Below are positions 1 through 8,955 of a stretch of 64,000 nucleotides of DNA, piece by piece. The notes below the pieces were generated by a model. The model made no database searches. It had not been told where the DNA came from and saw only the letters and a list, made by a program, of their open reading frames with translations. A program made the position numbers and the translations under genes. Source of the stretch: an uncultured Verrucomicrobiota bacterium (GTDB taxonomy: Bacteria > Verrucomicrobiota > Kiritimatiellia > Kiritimatiellales > Tichowtungiaceae); NCBI GenBank assembly GCA_964398915.1, contig CAYNOR010000006.1:14068-78067 (forward strand), read 5' to 3'. The first letter of the stretch is position 1. The number at the start of each line of letters is the position of its first letter.

Positions 1-1044
1 GTCGCTGCCGTATTCCTTACGAACGGAGCCGGGCTGCGCTTTACTTGGATCGGTCGGGCCGAGAATGTTGCGGATTTTATTTACGGCATCTTTGCCGGCG
101 TAGATGAGCACCAGACAGCGCACTTTACCGTCGGCGGCCATTTCGTTTTCCGGAACATCGGGCATCCACAGGCCGGTCATGAATTTCATGATTTCGTAAA
201 ACTGGTTGTCGCCGTATACCGGACCGAGAGTCTGTCCGAGCGCCTGTTTAACCTCATCAGGCATAGCGAATCCAAATTCGTCTTCCAGCGTGGAGCAGGC
301 TTTATCCGCCGCCCGGCCGCCGAGTTTTTCGCGCAGTACGGGTTGCACGGGGCCGTAGAACTGCCGGGCTTCGGCCATGCTCATGCGATGAACCTGTGCG
401 CCGACAATGCGCAGACCTGAACGCGAAAACAGGTCGACGATGTTGCCGGGGCGCGAGCTGGGGAAGCGGAAGTTGTCCGGCTTTATGATCACCAGCGTCC
501 GCTCTACATCGGCATCCGGCAGGCTGAGGGCGTTTTTGACAATACCGCCGTCGGTATCAGCATATTCCATCCAGAGCGAGAGAATTTGTTTTGCCGCGGA
601 AACAGTCGGCGCGATCAGAACGGCCGGCTCAAAATAAATAATATTTCCGGAAGCATCCCGGACGCAATCACCGTAGGTTCCGCGCACCGTGTCGGCCGAT
701 TCCTGTGCGTCGTTCAATGCCCCGGCGGCCTCATAGATTTTCCGGATGGCGTCTTCGCCTTCAAACAGCAACAGCATAACCCGGTGCGGGCGTCCGGTGT
801 CGGACTCCGGACCGAAGGCGCGCAGAACATAGTCGGCGAGCAGGGTGCGGCGGTCGGCTGCGACATCCGGCATGGTACGCAACTGCCCGGCGAAGCGATC
901 GACCAGCTCCTGACTCGGCCCGAACATCCTCGACGCAACCAGATCCAATCCTTCAATACGGCTGAATCGACCGATAATGCCGCCGGTACGCGATTTGCGC
1001 AGCGAATGGGGGGTGATCATCACAAATCCGAGTTCTTTTGCCAT
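1..1044 (-). CDS. tandem nucleoside-diphosphate-kinase-like protein (C-terminus lies beyond window start)
   Basis: Absent from the ORF track because it runs off the edge. My reverse-complement translation from the ATG (complement of 1042-1044) reads MAKELGFVMITPHSLRKSRTGGIIGRF... and later ERTLVIIKPDNFRFPSSRPGNIVDLFSRSGLRIVGAQVHRMSMAEARQFY, an NDK-fold signature. The frame stays open to position 1. Confidence 0.7.
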   Translation of the reverse strand, partial: MAKELGFVMITPHSLRKSRTGGIIGRFSRIEGLDLVASRMFGPSQELVDRFAGQLRTMPDVAADRRTLLADYVLRAFGPESDTGRPHRVMLLLFEGEDAIRKIYEAAGALNDAQESADTVRGTYGDCVRDASGNIIYFEPAVLIAPTVSAAKQILSLWMEYADTDGGIVKNALSLPDADVERTLVIIKPDNFRFPSSRPGNIVDLFSRSGLRIVGAQVHRMSMAEARQFYGPVQPVLREKLGGRAADKACSTLEDEFGFAMPDEVKQALGQTLGPVYGDNQFYEIMKFMTGLWMPDVPENEMAADGKVRCLVLIYAGKDAVNKIRNILGPTDPSKAQPGSVRKEYGSD

Positions 1045-1092
1045 AACAGTTGCCTTTCGTCCTCTTTTACCTGCAATCTCTAGTTCTTCTGG

Positions 1093-2403
1093 TTGGGGCA
1101 CGGATTATGTCCAACTTTTAAAACAAAAAAACAAAAATCTGCAAGGAACCCTGTGAAAAATCTGAACGAAAAAATCATCAACCAGCAAACCAGACTGGCC
1201 GTCGAAATTTTAGAAACGCTCACTCCGCATGTGCTGGAAAACCGGCATCCGGCCGATCGCGTCCTGTTGCGCTTCTTCAAAAACCGTCATGAACTGGGTT
1301 CCCGCGACCGCCGTTTCCTCTCCGAATGCTTCTTTTCCTATTTCCGCTGGCTCGGCTGGACCAAAGCCTTGCAGCTTCCGCCGATTGAAGCTGCCGCGTT
1401 GAGCTGGCTGCTTGACCGGACGGATCTGCACGTTGCGTTGCAATCCGCTGCGAAACCGGGCTGGGAGCCGCTTGGCGGTAAAACGCTTGAGGAAAAACGC
1501 GCCGCGCTGGTTGGCTGGTTTCCTAACTTCCAAGGGTTGGGTAAAGCAGACCTTGTGCCTCCAAACCTTGGAAAAAGCGTCGGATTGCCCATCGGGGGTG
1601 AGGATCTTTTTTATGAAACGTTGCAACAGCGTCCGCCGACCTGGTTGCGCCTGCGCAATGACGAGTTTAAGCAGATACTGACCGAAGCAGGCATTGCTTT
1701 TACGGAACATCCGAAACTTTCCGGTGCGATCTCGGTCGAAGCCGGCACATCGCTCGGTAAGCTGGGTCACGGCGGTCAGTATGAGGTGCAGGACATTGCG
1801 TCGCAAGCCGTTGCGCGGATTGCTGCACCGGCATCCGGCTCGGACTGGTGGGATGCTTGCGCGGGTGCGGGCGGGAAAACGGTTCAGTTGGCCGACCTGA
1901 TTGGTCGCGATGGCAAGGTGCTGGCGACCGATTTGAGGACTGAGGCTTTGCATGAGTGTAAAAAACGGGCACATGCCGGCGGGATTTCCAATGTCCGGAT
2001 GCAGCTGCACGATTTAGCCAAAGACAAACCCTTTACCAAGGAGTTCGATGGCGTATTGGTGGATGCGCCCTGTTCGGGCTGGGGTACATGGAGCCGTAAC
2101 CCGGATGCCCGTTGGCGGAGTGATCTGCGTGATCCGGCGCAGAAACGGAATTTACAGGTGAGGATGCTCCATAATGCTGCTCAGTGTGTGAAATCCGGCG
2201 GCGTGCTGGTGTATGCAGTCTGTACGTTTACCCGCGAGGAAACGGTTGAAGTGATCGAACGCTTCCTGCCGGAGCATCCGGGTTTTGTGCTGGATTCATT
2301 TGCCCATCCATTGACGGGCGAACCGGTTAATGGTGCGGTGCAAATCTGGCCGTGGGAGGGCCCCGGCGACGGAATGTTCATCGCGCGTTTACGGAAAAGC
2401 TAA
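1093..2403 (+). CDS. rsmB: NOL1/NOP2/Sun (RsmB-type) rRNA cytosine-C5 methyltransferase
   Basis: Motifs DACAGAGGKT, VLVDAPCSGWGTWSRNPDARW and YAVCTFTREE. The track start is a TTG; an in-frame GTG at 1153 is an alternative and would leave a more plausible divergent promoter gap. Confidence 0.8.
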   Translation: MGHGLCPTFKTKKQKSARNPVKNLNEKIINQQTRLAVEILETLTPHVLENRHPADRVLLRFFKNRHELGSRDRRFLSECFFSYFRWLGWTKALQLPPIEAAALSWLLDRTDLHVALQSAAKPGWEPLGGKTLEEKRAALVGWFPNFQGLGKADLVPPNLGKSVGLPIGGEDLFYETLQQRPPTWLRLRNDEFKQILTEAGIAFTEHPKLSGAISVEAGTSLGKLGHGGQYEVQDIASQAVARIAAPASGSDWWDACAGAGGKTVQLADLIGRDGKVLATDLRTEALHECKKRAHAGGISNVRMQLHDLAKDKPFTKEFDGVLVDAPCSGWGTWSRNPDARWRSDLRDPAQKRNLQVRMLHNAAQCVKSGGVLVYAVCTFTREETVEVIERFLPEHPGFVLDSFAHPLTGEPVNGAVQIWPWEGPGDGMFIARLRKS

Positions 2404-2520
2404 GGATATTGTTCGAAAATTGAGCAACGACCTGATGATACGGCTTGAGAAATAACGGCCTCCTTTTCTCTTGAAACTCTTAGTGCTACCGCCTGATGAA
2501 TACATGGCACTCTTCAATTG

Positions 2521-5004
2521 TTAGCTTAAATCGATTCCGAATGTGATTTCATTTCCGAGACTCCCAGCATACTCAACAATCTTGGGTTTGTTTTTTGTAT
2601 GAACGTTTTCTTCTACAAGTTCATTAGGGAGTTCGTTTAGGAAGTAGCTTTCTATCAGTTGTTCCGTATTTTCATTTGTCTGATTTGTCGGTTCCTGTAT
2701 GGATTCCTGTATCTCAAGGATTCCTTGGCAGGTCGCTTGTTTATTTAGTTTTTTATGAGATTGTGTCGTTGAAGTAATACGGTTTCTTCGTGTGATGATA
2801 AGCTCATCCTTTGCGCGTGTGAGTGCAACGTAAAGAACTCTTCGTTCTTCTTCGATATCGTCCAGATTTCCGATGGAAAATGTCGATGGGTATTGCCCTG
2901 CTGAAACGTTCTGAATGTAACAAACTTCCCGTTCGGTTCCCTTTGCAGAGTGTATTGTGATTATCTGAACCACATCTTCATTTTGTTTTCGGCTAAGCTC
3001 TGAGCTGTACGCTGGGTCGAGTACGTATTCCTCAATGAACTCCAGTATGGATCTGTGTTTTTTTGCCAACTTAGCAACAAAGTCAAAATCACGGCGGCGT
3101 TTTTCCCAGTCTTGATTTTTATATTTTTCACTAAGAATATTATTCATCATCGCAGCCACTGTTTTTATGATCTCTGGGATCTGTCCATCAAGTTTCTGAA
3201 TGGTTTTTATAATTTCAATTAACAATGGAGGGATTTTCTGTTGCATTGCTAGGTGCCGCAGGGTTTCATCCAAATCAGAGTGTTGGAGAATCTCGTTCGC
3301 TATTTTTGCCGCCGTGACTTCGCCTAATCCGTTCCAGAGAATTAAATATCTCATCCATCCAATTTCATCTTGATGGTTTGCCGTAACGCGGAGTGCAGAT
3401 AAGACATCTTTTACATGCGCAGCTTCGAGCAATTTCGTTCCACCAATAAATATGTAAGGAATCTCTTTGGCAAGAAGGGCCGCCTCGACAGTTCTGGCAA
3501 TAAAAGAGGATCGGACAAGGATCATGTGTCTTGACCATGTGCTGCCATCCGCTTTTCTTTTTTCTAGGTCTTCAGCAATCCATCTTCCCTCCTCCCATTC
3601 ACATGAAAAAGTGTGAATTTTTGGGATGACACCATCTCCTCTTATTGCGCGCAGCCGCTTGCCATAAGGAACTTCACTTCTTGATAAAAGCCAGTTAGAG
3701 ATGTTGAGGATCTCTTGTGTTGACCGGTAGTTATCTTCAAGTTTTAAAACCAGCGCACCCGGAACGCGCTCCTTAAAGCTATGTACATTTCTAAAATCCG
3801 CGCCTCTAAATCCGTAAATAGATTGTGCGTCGTCGCCCACACAAAATAACTTTGCAAAGTTTGTCAGCGGCTGAAGGAGTTCCCATTGGATGGGATTGGT
3901 ATCCTGCATCTCATCAACCAATATGTGATCGTATTGTGAACCTATCCATGCGCAGACATCTGGATATTGGGCGATTCCCCGAGCGACAATGTCTAGGATG
4001 TCGTCGTAGTCAAAATAGTTTCGCGCCCGTTTCCGTTCCTCATAGTGTTTCATGACCGTCGCTATGTGTTCTTTTTGCGGATGGAAATTAGGAAATTTTT
4101 TTAAGAGAGCTTTATCAAGGGAACTCCGAGTGTTTCTGGCGTAAGAGTACAAATCACAAAGTTCAGCAGCTGTTAGAAATTGTGCCTTAGCTTTTTTGCC
4201 GCGGAGTATTCTGAATAATTGCAATTGGTCGTCACGATCGATGATCGTGAAGCTTTTAAAGCCAAAGGCGATCGGGTTACGATGAAGAAGAGATGTGCAC
4301 CATGTATGAAAGGTTGAAGCCCTCAATCCTTTACTGCTATCTCCAATAGTTAATCGAACCCGTTCAACAATTTCTGAAGCTGATCGACGAGTAAAGGTGA
4401 GTATTTGAATTCTTTCCGGACGAGTGCCGCTGGAGATCAAATACGCGGCTCGGGCGATGATCGTTTTTGTTTTCCCGCACCCGGCGCCTGCTAAGACAAG
4501 TGTATGTGTAGCGGGGGCGGTTGCGGCGTGTCGCTGGCTGTCATTCAACTCCCTTAACAGAGAGTCTACTGTATTCGCTTGCCCCGACCCGCTTTTCATG
4601 AATTCGCCGCAAGGGGTAAGATTCTTGGCTACAGTAAGTATTTGCTCGGAACAGATAGGTTGGGGGCGAGTTTGTCCGGGTGTTTCCGCTGGGATAAAGG
4701 GGAGAATCTCCGGAGTTTCTTGATGAATATCTTTTGTGGTTGCTATGCGTTCTGATTCTTTGGGCACATCAAAAGATGGTGGTGCCGGCATTTCTTTTGG
4801 TATCGGCTCTTTGCAGGTTGAACAACGCCATCGGGGTGCATCCGGGTTATAGTCGCTGGGATTATACTTTGCCCCGCAACCATTACATATGCACTCTATC
4901 GGCGTTTTAGTTTCCATATTCAGATTTCTGTTGTTTCGGGGGGCGTCTGAAAAGCGCCGTATCACTGACACAGTCTCACTTTTTACTCTTCCGCCAAGAC
5001 TCAT
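2521..5004 (-). CDS. UvrD/Rep/PcrA-family superfamily-1 helicase with N-terminal zinc ribbon and C-terminal extension
   Basis: Walker A LVLAGAGCGKTKT, then ILVDEMQDTN, GDDAQSIYGFRGA, EDNYRST, TIHSAKGTE and VLYVALTRAK. The N-terminus has CxxC...CxxC (CICNGCG...RCSTCK). An alternative ATG start lies at 4917. Confidence 0.85.
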   Translation of the reverse strand: MSLGGRVKSETVSVIRRFSDAPRNNRNLNMETKTPIECICNGCGAKYNPSDYNPDAPRWRCSTCKEPIPKEMPAPPSFDVPKESERIATTKDIHQETPEILPFIPAETPGQTRPQPICSEQILTVAKNLTPCGEFMKSGSGQANTVDSLLRELNDSQRHAATAPATHTLVLAGAGCGKTKTIIARAAYLISSGTRPERIQILTFTRRSASEIVERVRLTIGDSSKGLRASTFHTWCTSLLHRNPIAFGFKSFTIIDRDDQLQLFRILRGKKAKAQFLTAAELCDLYSYARNTRSSLDKALLKKFPNFHPQKEHIATVMKHYEERKRARNYFDYDDILDIVARGIAQYPDVCAWIGSQYDHILVDEMQDTNPIQWELLQPLTNFAKLFCVGDDAQSIYGFRGADFRNVHSFKERVPGALVLKLEDNYRSTQEILNISNWLLSRSEVPYGKRLRAIRGDGVIPKIHTFSCEWEEGRWIAEDLEKRKADGSTWSRHMILVRSSFIARTVEAALLAKEIPYIFIGGTKLLEAAHVKDVLSALRVTANHQDEIGWMRYLILWNGLGEVTAAKIANEILQHSDLDETLRHLAMQQKIPPLLIEIIKTIQKLDGQIPEIIKTVAAMMNNILSEKYKNQDWEKRRRDFDFVAKLAKKHRSILEFIEEYVLDPAYSSELSRKQNEDVVQIITIHSAKGTEREVCYIQNVSAGQYPSTFSIGNLDDIEEERRVLYVALTRAKDELIITRRNRITSTTQSHKKLNKQATCQGILEIQESIQEPTNQTNENTEQLIESYFLNELPNELVEENVHTKNKPKIVEYAGSLGNEITFGIDLS

Positions 5005-5015
5005 TCACCTTACGT

Positions 5016-6287
5016 CTATTCTTTTAGAAGCCTAACCCACGGAACAGTTTTTGAGGCTCCACTCACCGTAGTATAATTTTTTGAGCCAAGCAAAACGATG
5101 AACCCTTTTATCGCTTGCCCATCGACCATTTGGTCTGATGTTTCGTGGTCGACCATTAGAATAGAGCTTTCAGCAATTCGCATGCTTTTTGTCCCGAAAT
5201 TAAAATCACCTACAGCATGTATCAGAAGCACCTTTTTGTCGCATTGCAAAACCTCCCAAGATACGCGACCCACATCCAGTTCAAAAAATTCACCGATTTG
5301 GCTATCGATTGATTTCCCATCTACTATTACCGAAGATAGAAAGGCAAATGCGGTTCTGCCCTTAAAACAGTAGGAAGAGTTGAAGCCCTTTGCCCAGCTG
5401 TCAATTCTAACAATTCTGTCCGCTTGTGCGTTCTTTCGGGCCTCCTCAGCAGCCAGAGCTACCTCAGTCTGTCTCTTTATTACAGCCTGTTCCTTTTCTT
5501 TTTCTTCAAGCCGCAGCTGTTCCCACTGCGCTTCTTTCGCTTTCCGTTCGTCATCTTTAATTTTTTGATCTTTAATTCGCGCGGCCTCTTCGTCTTTTCG
5601 TTTAATTTCCCACGCTTTTTCCCGCGCATCCTCTTCGTCTTTTTTTCTAATTTCCCATGCTTTTGCTCGCGCCTTTTCTTCTTGTAGTAGTTTAATTTCC
5701 CATGCTCTCCCCATCGCTTTTTGGGGGTCAAATCCCTGTTCCTTCTTAACCAGCGGATTGAGGATTCCAGCGCGCTTTTTGAAGAAAGTCAGGTCTTCTT
5801 TGAAGTGGCGGGGGCCAATAGCCAGTTCGATGAACGCATCATCTCCGACCATGTATAGGCTAAGTAGTTTACCATCCCGATTATCTCCATTTGGAGGATT
5901 AGATGAACAATCTTTCGCGAAGCAATACTCTGTGCGGCCTTGAATCAGGTCGTTCAGCGCGCCTCCGCCGGACGGATCTCCAAATCGAAGGATTTTGATG
6001 TCAGGGGCAAACGCTAATGTCTGCGCAATGCTGGTAAATTTTTCGATAGCTTTGTCTGGGGGGCAGACCCATACCGCCCCGTATAAATCTGTGTCAGCTT
6101 CAAAATATTTCGAGTAGTTGGTGGAGGCAGATTCCCAGCCTGACGCGCCAGCGATTGCTTCCGGTTTGAGCCGATTTTTGTTTTGTTGGTCGTAGAGGAT
6201 GTCGTCTTCATAACTTTTGGTTACCTCTAGCAGCGTGCATCCGTTCAGTAAAAACACCCCGGCAATAATGATTAAAAACCGTCGCAT
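5016..6287 (-). CDS. lipoprotein with a central charged coiled-coil carrying AWEI repeats, function unknown
   Basis: Signal peptide plus lipobox MRRFLIIIAGVFLLNGC. The central region reads GRAWEIKLLQEEKARAKAWEIRKKDEEDAREKAWEIKRKDEE. It lies 11 nt upstream of the helicase ORF on the same strand. Confidence 0.6.
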   Translation of the reverse strand: MRRFLIIIAGVFLLNGCTLLEVTKSYEDDILYDQQNKNRLKPEAIAGASGWESASTNYSKYFEADTDLYGAVWVCPPDKAIEKFTSIAQTLAFAPDIKILRFGDPSGGGALNDLIQGRTEYCFAKDCSSNPPNGDNRDGKLLSLYMVGDDAFIELAIGPRHFKEDLTFFKKRAGILNPLVKKEQGFDPQKAMGRAWEIKLLQEEKARAKAWEIRKKDEEDAREKAWEIKRKDEEAARIKDQKIKDDERKAKEAQWEQLRLEEKEKEQAVIKRQTEVALAAEEARKNAQADRIVRIDSWAKGFNSSYCFKGRTAFAFLSSVIVDGKSIDSQIGEFFELDVGRVSWEVLQCDKKVLLIHAVGDFNFGTKSMRIAESSILMVDHETSDQMVDGQAIKGFIVLLGSKNYTTVSGASKTVPWVRLLKE

Positions 6288-6443
6288 TATAGTTCCTTTC
6301 GTTCGTGGACTAAGCATATTGGCTGTTTCTGAGCAGGGCTACTTCCTCATAACCTAAAATTTAAATGCCTGAGTGGGAAGCTAGACCTTACCGGCGGGCG
6401 ATAAAAGTGGAAAGAGCAGTTTATTGTATAACCTTAGAATTCG

Positions 6444-6467
6444 GCATATTTATTGAAAAGCTAAGGA
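6444..6467 (+). pseudogene. short remnant of the rsmB 3' end
   Basis: GAAAAGCTAAGGA at 6455-6467 is identical to 2394-2406, which spans the rsmB stop codon. The upstream positions partly match (..AYLLKS* versus ..ARLRKS*). Confidence 0.4.
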
Positions 6468-6493
6468 GTTGGCTTTCCCGTTGACCATCGGGA

Positions 6494-6526
6494 GGGGCAC
6501 GGCTATGCTGTGCCCCTGTTTTTTGT
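6494..6526 (+). terminator. rho-independent terminator with no adjacent plus-strand gene upstream
   Basis: GGGGCAC-ggctatgct-GTGCCCC followed by TGTTTTTTG. It sits about 30 nt after the rsmB-end remnant stop and just upstream of the ppiD-like gene. Confidence 0.6.
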
Positions 6527-6547
6527 TGTAAAACCAAGGGGTCTATT

Positions 6548-8200
6548 ATGGCTATGTTGATTACGCGCTTTCACAAACTGATTCAGTCCAAAGTGCTTTG
6601 GTACATCATTCTCGGGGTAATCGTTGTCTCGTTCGTCGGATTTTTTATGCCGACAAATAATGCGGGAGCCAAGGTTCGTGATGTTCCGCCCGTCGGTGAA
6701 GTGTTCGGCAAAAAGATATCACAGGATGAATACCGTCTTGCTTATCAAAATACCTATCTCTGGTACATCCTCTCTTCAGGCCGGATGATTCCTATGACCG
6801 ATGAGCTGACTGCGGAGCTTCGCAAGGAAGCCTGGCAGCGTGTTGCTATTTTGCGTAAAGCTCAGGCTGACAAGGTTCTGGTGGCTGACAATGAAGTGAT
6901 ACAACAATTGCAGTCTTTGCCTCTTTTCCATGCACAGAACGGGGCTTTTGATAAAAATGTCTACAAGGCCGTTCTGAAGCAGCTTAATCTTACACCGCGT
7001 CAGGCCGAAGAACTTTTCCGTGAACAGATTGCCATCTATAAACTCATGTACCGGCCAGCACAGGCTGCACTGATTTCGCCCTATGAGCTGACGAGGGCCT
7101 ATCATCTTTATACGGACCGCTTCGTGCTCGACTATGTTGTGGTGCCGCGCTCACAAGTTGAAAAAACCGTCACGGTTTCCAAGGAAGCCGCACAGGCTCT
7201 GTTTGCTCAGAATCCGGAAGCGTTTCGTATGCCAGCCAAGGTGCGCGTTTCTTACGTTGAATTTGCGGTCAGCAATTTCATGGCCAAAGCTGAAGTTCCG
7301 GAAGGGGCGGCTTTGCAGGTTTACAATCGGAACATTGAGAACTATCGCGTGGAAAACACGAATGAGAATGCGGCTGTGGAATATAAAGCCTTTGAAAAGG
7401 TAGAAGGCGAAATCACCAAACAGCTTAAGCAGGCAGCTGCCCGTAAACTGGCTGTGGAGAAGGCAACTGAGTTTGTCGTTGAGGTTTCACCTAAAGCCGA
7501 AGGCGGACAGCCTGACTTCCCCGGAGCGGCTGCAAAGGCCGGCCTGAAAATAAAAACCATGCCAGCTTTTAGCTCGAACGATGACCTTAAGGGGATCGAC
7601 AACACGGCACCCTTCCGTCAGGCGGCGTTCAGTCTGGAGAATGACTCTTATACGTCCTTCAGCGATGCCATTATCGGTAAAGATACCGTTTACGTGCTTT
7701 CGCTGAATCAGAAGCTGCCATCCTTCCTCCCTGCATTTGATGCGGTCGAGAAACAAGTGATGGACGCGGCGCGCGAACAGGCCCTTGCCAGAGCGCTGGC
7801 TGAGCATGCTGTTGAAATCGAAACCAAGGTTAAAGCTTCGCTGGCTTCCGGTGCAGGATTTAAAGAGGCGGTCAAGCCGCTCGGATTAAAAGTGCAAACG
7901 ACGTCCGAATTCGACTTGTCAACTGAACTCAAAGACAAATACGCCAGCACACTTACGGCAATTTGTCTTAACGTGCAAAAAGGGGAGCTCTGCAAACCTG
8001 CGCCGGTTGAAGGCGGCGTGCTTTTCGCCTTTGTAACGGAACGTAAAGCGACCGACGCAGTTTCCGGTCTGCCAGCCATTCGGCAGGAACTGGTTGACGG
8101 GCTATCCCGTAACCGCGCCCAGCGTTTGGCTTATTCCTGGCAGACATCACTTCTAAGCGAAGGAAACTTCAAAGAGATACATCGTCAGCCCGCCGAATAA
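6548..8200 (+). CDS. PpiD/SurA-N family periplasmic chaperone, membrane anchored
   Basis: The N-terminus MAMLITRFHKLIQSKVLWYIILGVIVVSFVGFF is typical of PpiD-type proteins. The length and a SurA_N-like region fit; I could not confirm a clear parvulin motif by eye. Confidence 0.65.
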   Translation: MAMLITRFHKLIQSKVLWYIILGVIVVSFVGFFMPTNNAGAKVRDVPPVGEVFGKKISQDEYRLAYQNTYLWYILSSGRMIPMTDELTAELRKEAWQRVAILRKAQADKVLVADNEVIQQLQSLPLFHAQNGAFDKNVYKAVLKQLNLTPRQAEELFREQIAIYKLMYRPAQAALISPYELTRAYHLYTDRFVLDYVVVPRSQVEKTVTVSKEAAQALFAQNPEAFRMPAKVRVSYVEFAVSNFMAKAEVPEGAALQVYNRNIENYRVENTNENAAVEYKAFEKVEGEITKQLKQAAARKLAVEKATEFVVEVSPKAEGGQPDFPGAAAKAGLKIKTMPAFSSNDDLKGIDNTAPFRQAAFSLENDSYTSFSDAIIGKDTVYVLSLNQKLPSFLPAFDAVEKQVMDAAREQALARALAEHAVEIETKVKASLASGAGFKEAVKPLGLKVQTTSEFDLSTELKDKYASTLTAICLNVQKGELCKPAPVEGGVLFAFVTERKATDAVSGLPAIRQELVDGLSRNRAQRLAYSWQTSLLSEGNFKEIHRQPAE

Positions 8201-8266
8201 CACAGTACGAGGCGCGGTGCTTCAGCGTCGATTTATATCAAAAATGCATGATACTCGGTTTGAAGA

Positions 8267-8318
8267 CAGGGCAGGCTGGAAGCCTGCGATACGTACCGCA
8301 GGCTTCCAGCCTGCCTTG
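8267..8318. terminator. long perfect hairpin between convergent genes (bidirectional terminator or REP-like element)
   Basis: GGCAGGCTGGAAGCCTGCG (8270-8288) pairs perfectly with CGCAGGCTTCCAGCCTGCC (8297-8315) around an 8-nt loop, and the stem can be extended by 3 more pairs. Confidence 0.5.
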
Positions 8319-8349
8319 ATAAAATACTGGATATCATCCGCAAATGGTA

Positions 8350-8955
8350 TTAGCGGTCGTATTGAATGATCCATTCGGTTGAGGGAAGTTGCAATTGCAC
8401 CTCGTGAGGAGTGGCAGAAAGTTCCCCCTTTTCTTCGGCAAGCCGGCCGCGGCAGATAATTTTATAAGCACGGCATCCTGCAAGGCCGGTGGCTTGGAGG
8501 AAATTTTCGGTTCGTATCATAATCGAAATAAGTCCTTGAAGCCGTCCGTTCGCGAGGATGGGATAACGTAAAGAGATTAAGCGCGGCTGGAAGAGGGTCC
8601 CGTGGTTTGGTTCGCTGAGTTGCGGGGCGGGTGCCGTGCGCATTAAATCCCAGAAATAATCAAGTTCTTTGACCTTTTTCAGATCATATCCGTTGGCAAG
8701 CGCGTGGATTTTGTAATAACTCTGATCAATTACAAAGCCGGAAGTGATCAGCGTACCGCCGAAAAAGCCATCCACGGAGTCGGCTAGCGGTTTCATGACC
8801 TCGCGCAGTGTATCGTGCGTCGGGTTCTGTGCGGCGACTGTTTCGAGTTTTGCAAAGAGCCCGGTAAAATAGGTTTCCACTGCGAAGCCGATCGGGTCTT
8901 CAGCCTGTACGGCAAGCACAGCGAACAGCGTGATCAGAATGATGAAACGTTTCAT
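8350..8955 (-). CDS. secreted protein of unknown function
   Basis: Signal peptide MKRFIILITLFAVLAVQA. Its start overlaps the stop of the upstream methyltransferase gene. Confidence 0.55.
   Translation of the reverse strand: MKRFIILITLFAVLAVQAEDPIGFAVETYFTGLFAKLETVAAQNPTHDTLREVMKPLADSVDGFFGGTLITSGFVIDQSYYKIHALANGYDLKKVKELDYFWDLMRTAPAPQLSEPNHGTLFQPRLISLRYPILANGRLQGLISIMIRTENFLQATGLAGCRAYKIICRGRLAEEKGELSATPHEVQLQLPSTEWIIQYDR

Larger units (their letters stand above)
2404..6443. other. AT-richer inserted accessory segment between rsmB and a short remnant of the rsmB 3' end
   Basis: Visibly lower G+C than the flanks (not computed). It carries two minus-strand genes convergent with rsmB and is bounded on the right by a short rsmB-end remnant plus an orphan terminator. 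Confidence 0.5.

Noticed and set aside
586-1083. A 165-aa plus-strand ORF at the window start.
   Set aside because: It is antisense to the NDK-like gene, whose translation has clear family motifs. This ORF has none.
5380-5731. Several 60-90 aa ORFs in both strands within the lipoprotein gene (SSS/FFF-rich or KKK-rich).
   Set aside because: They are low-complexity alternative-frame readings of the K/E-rich repeat region.
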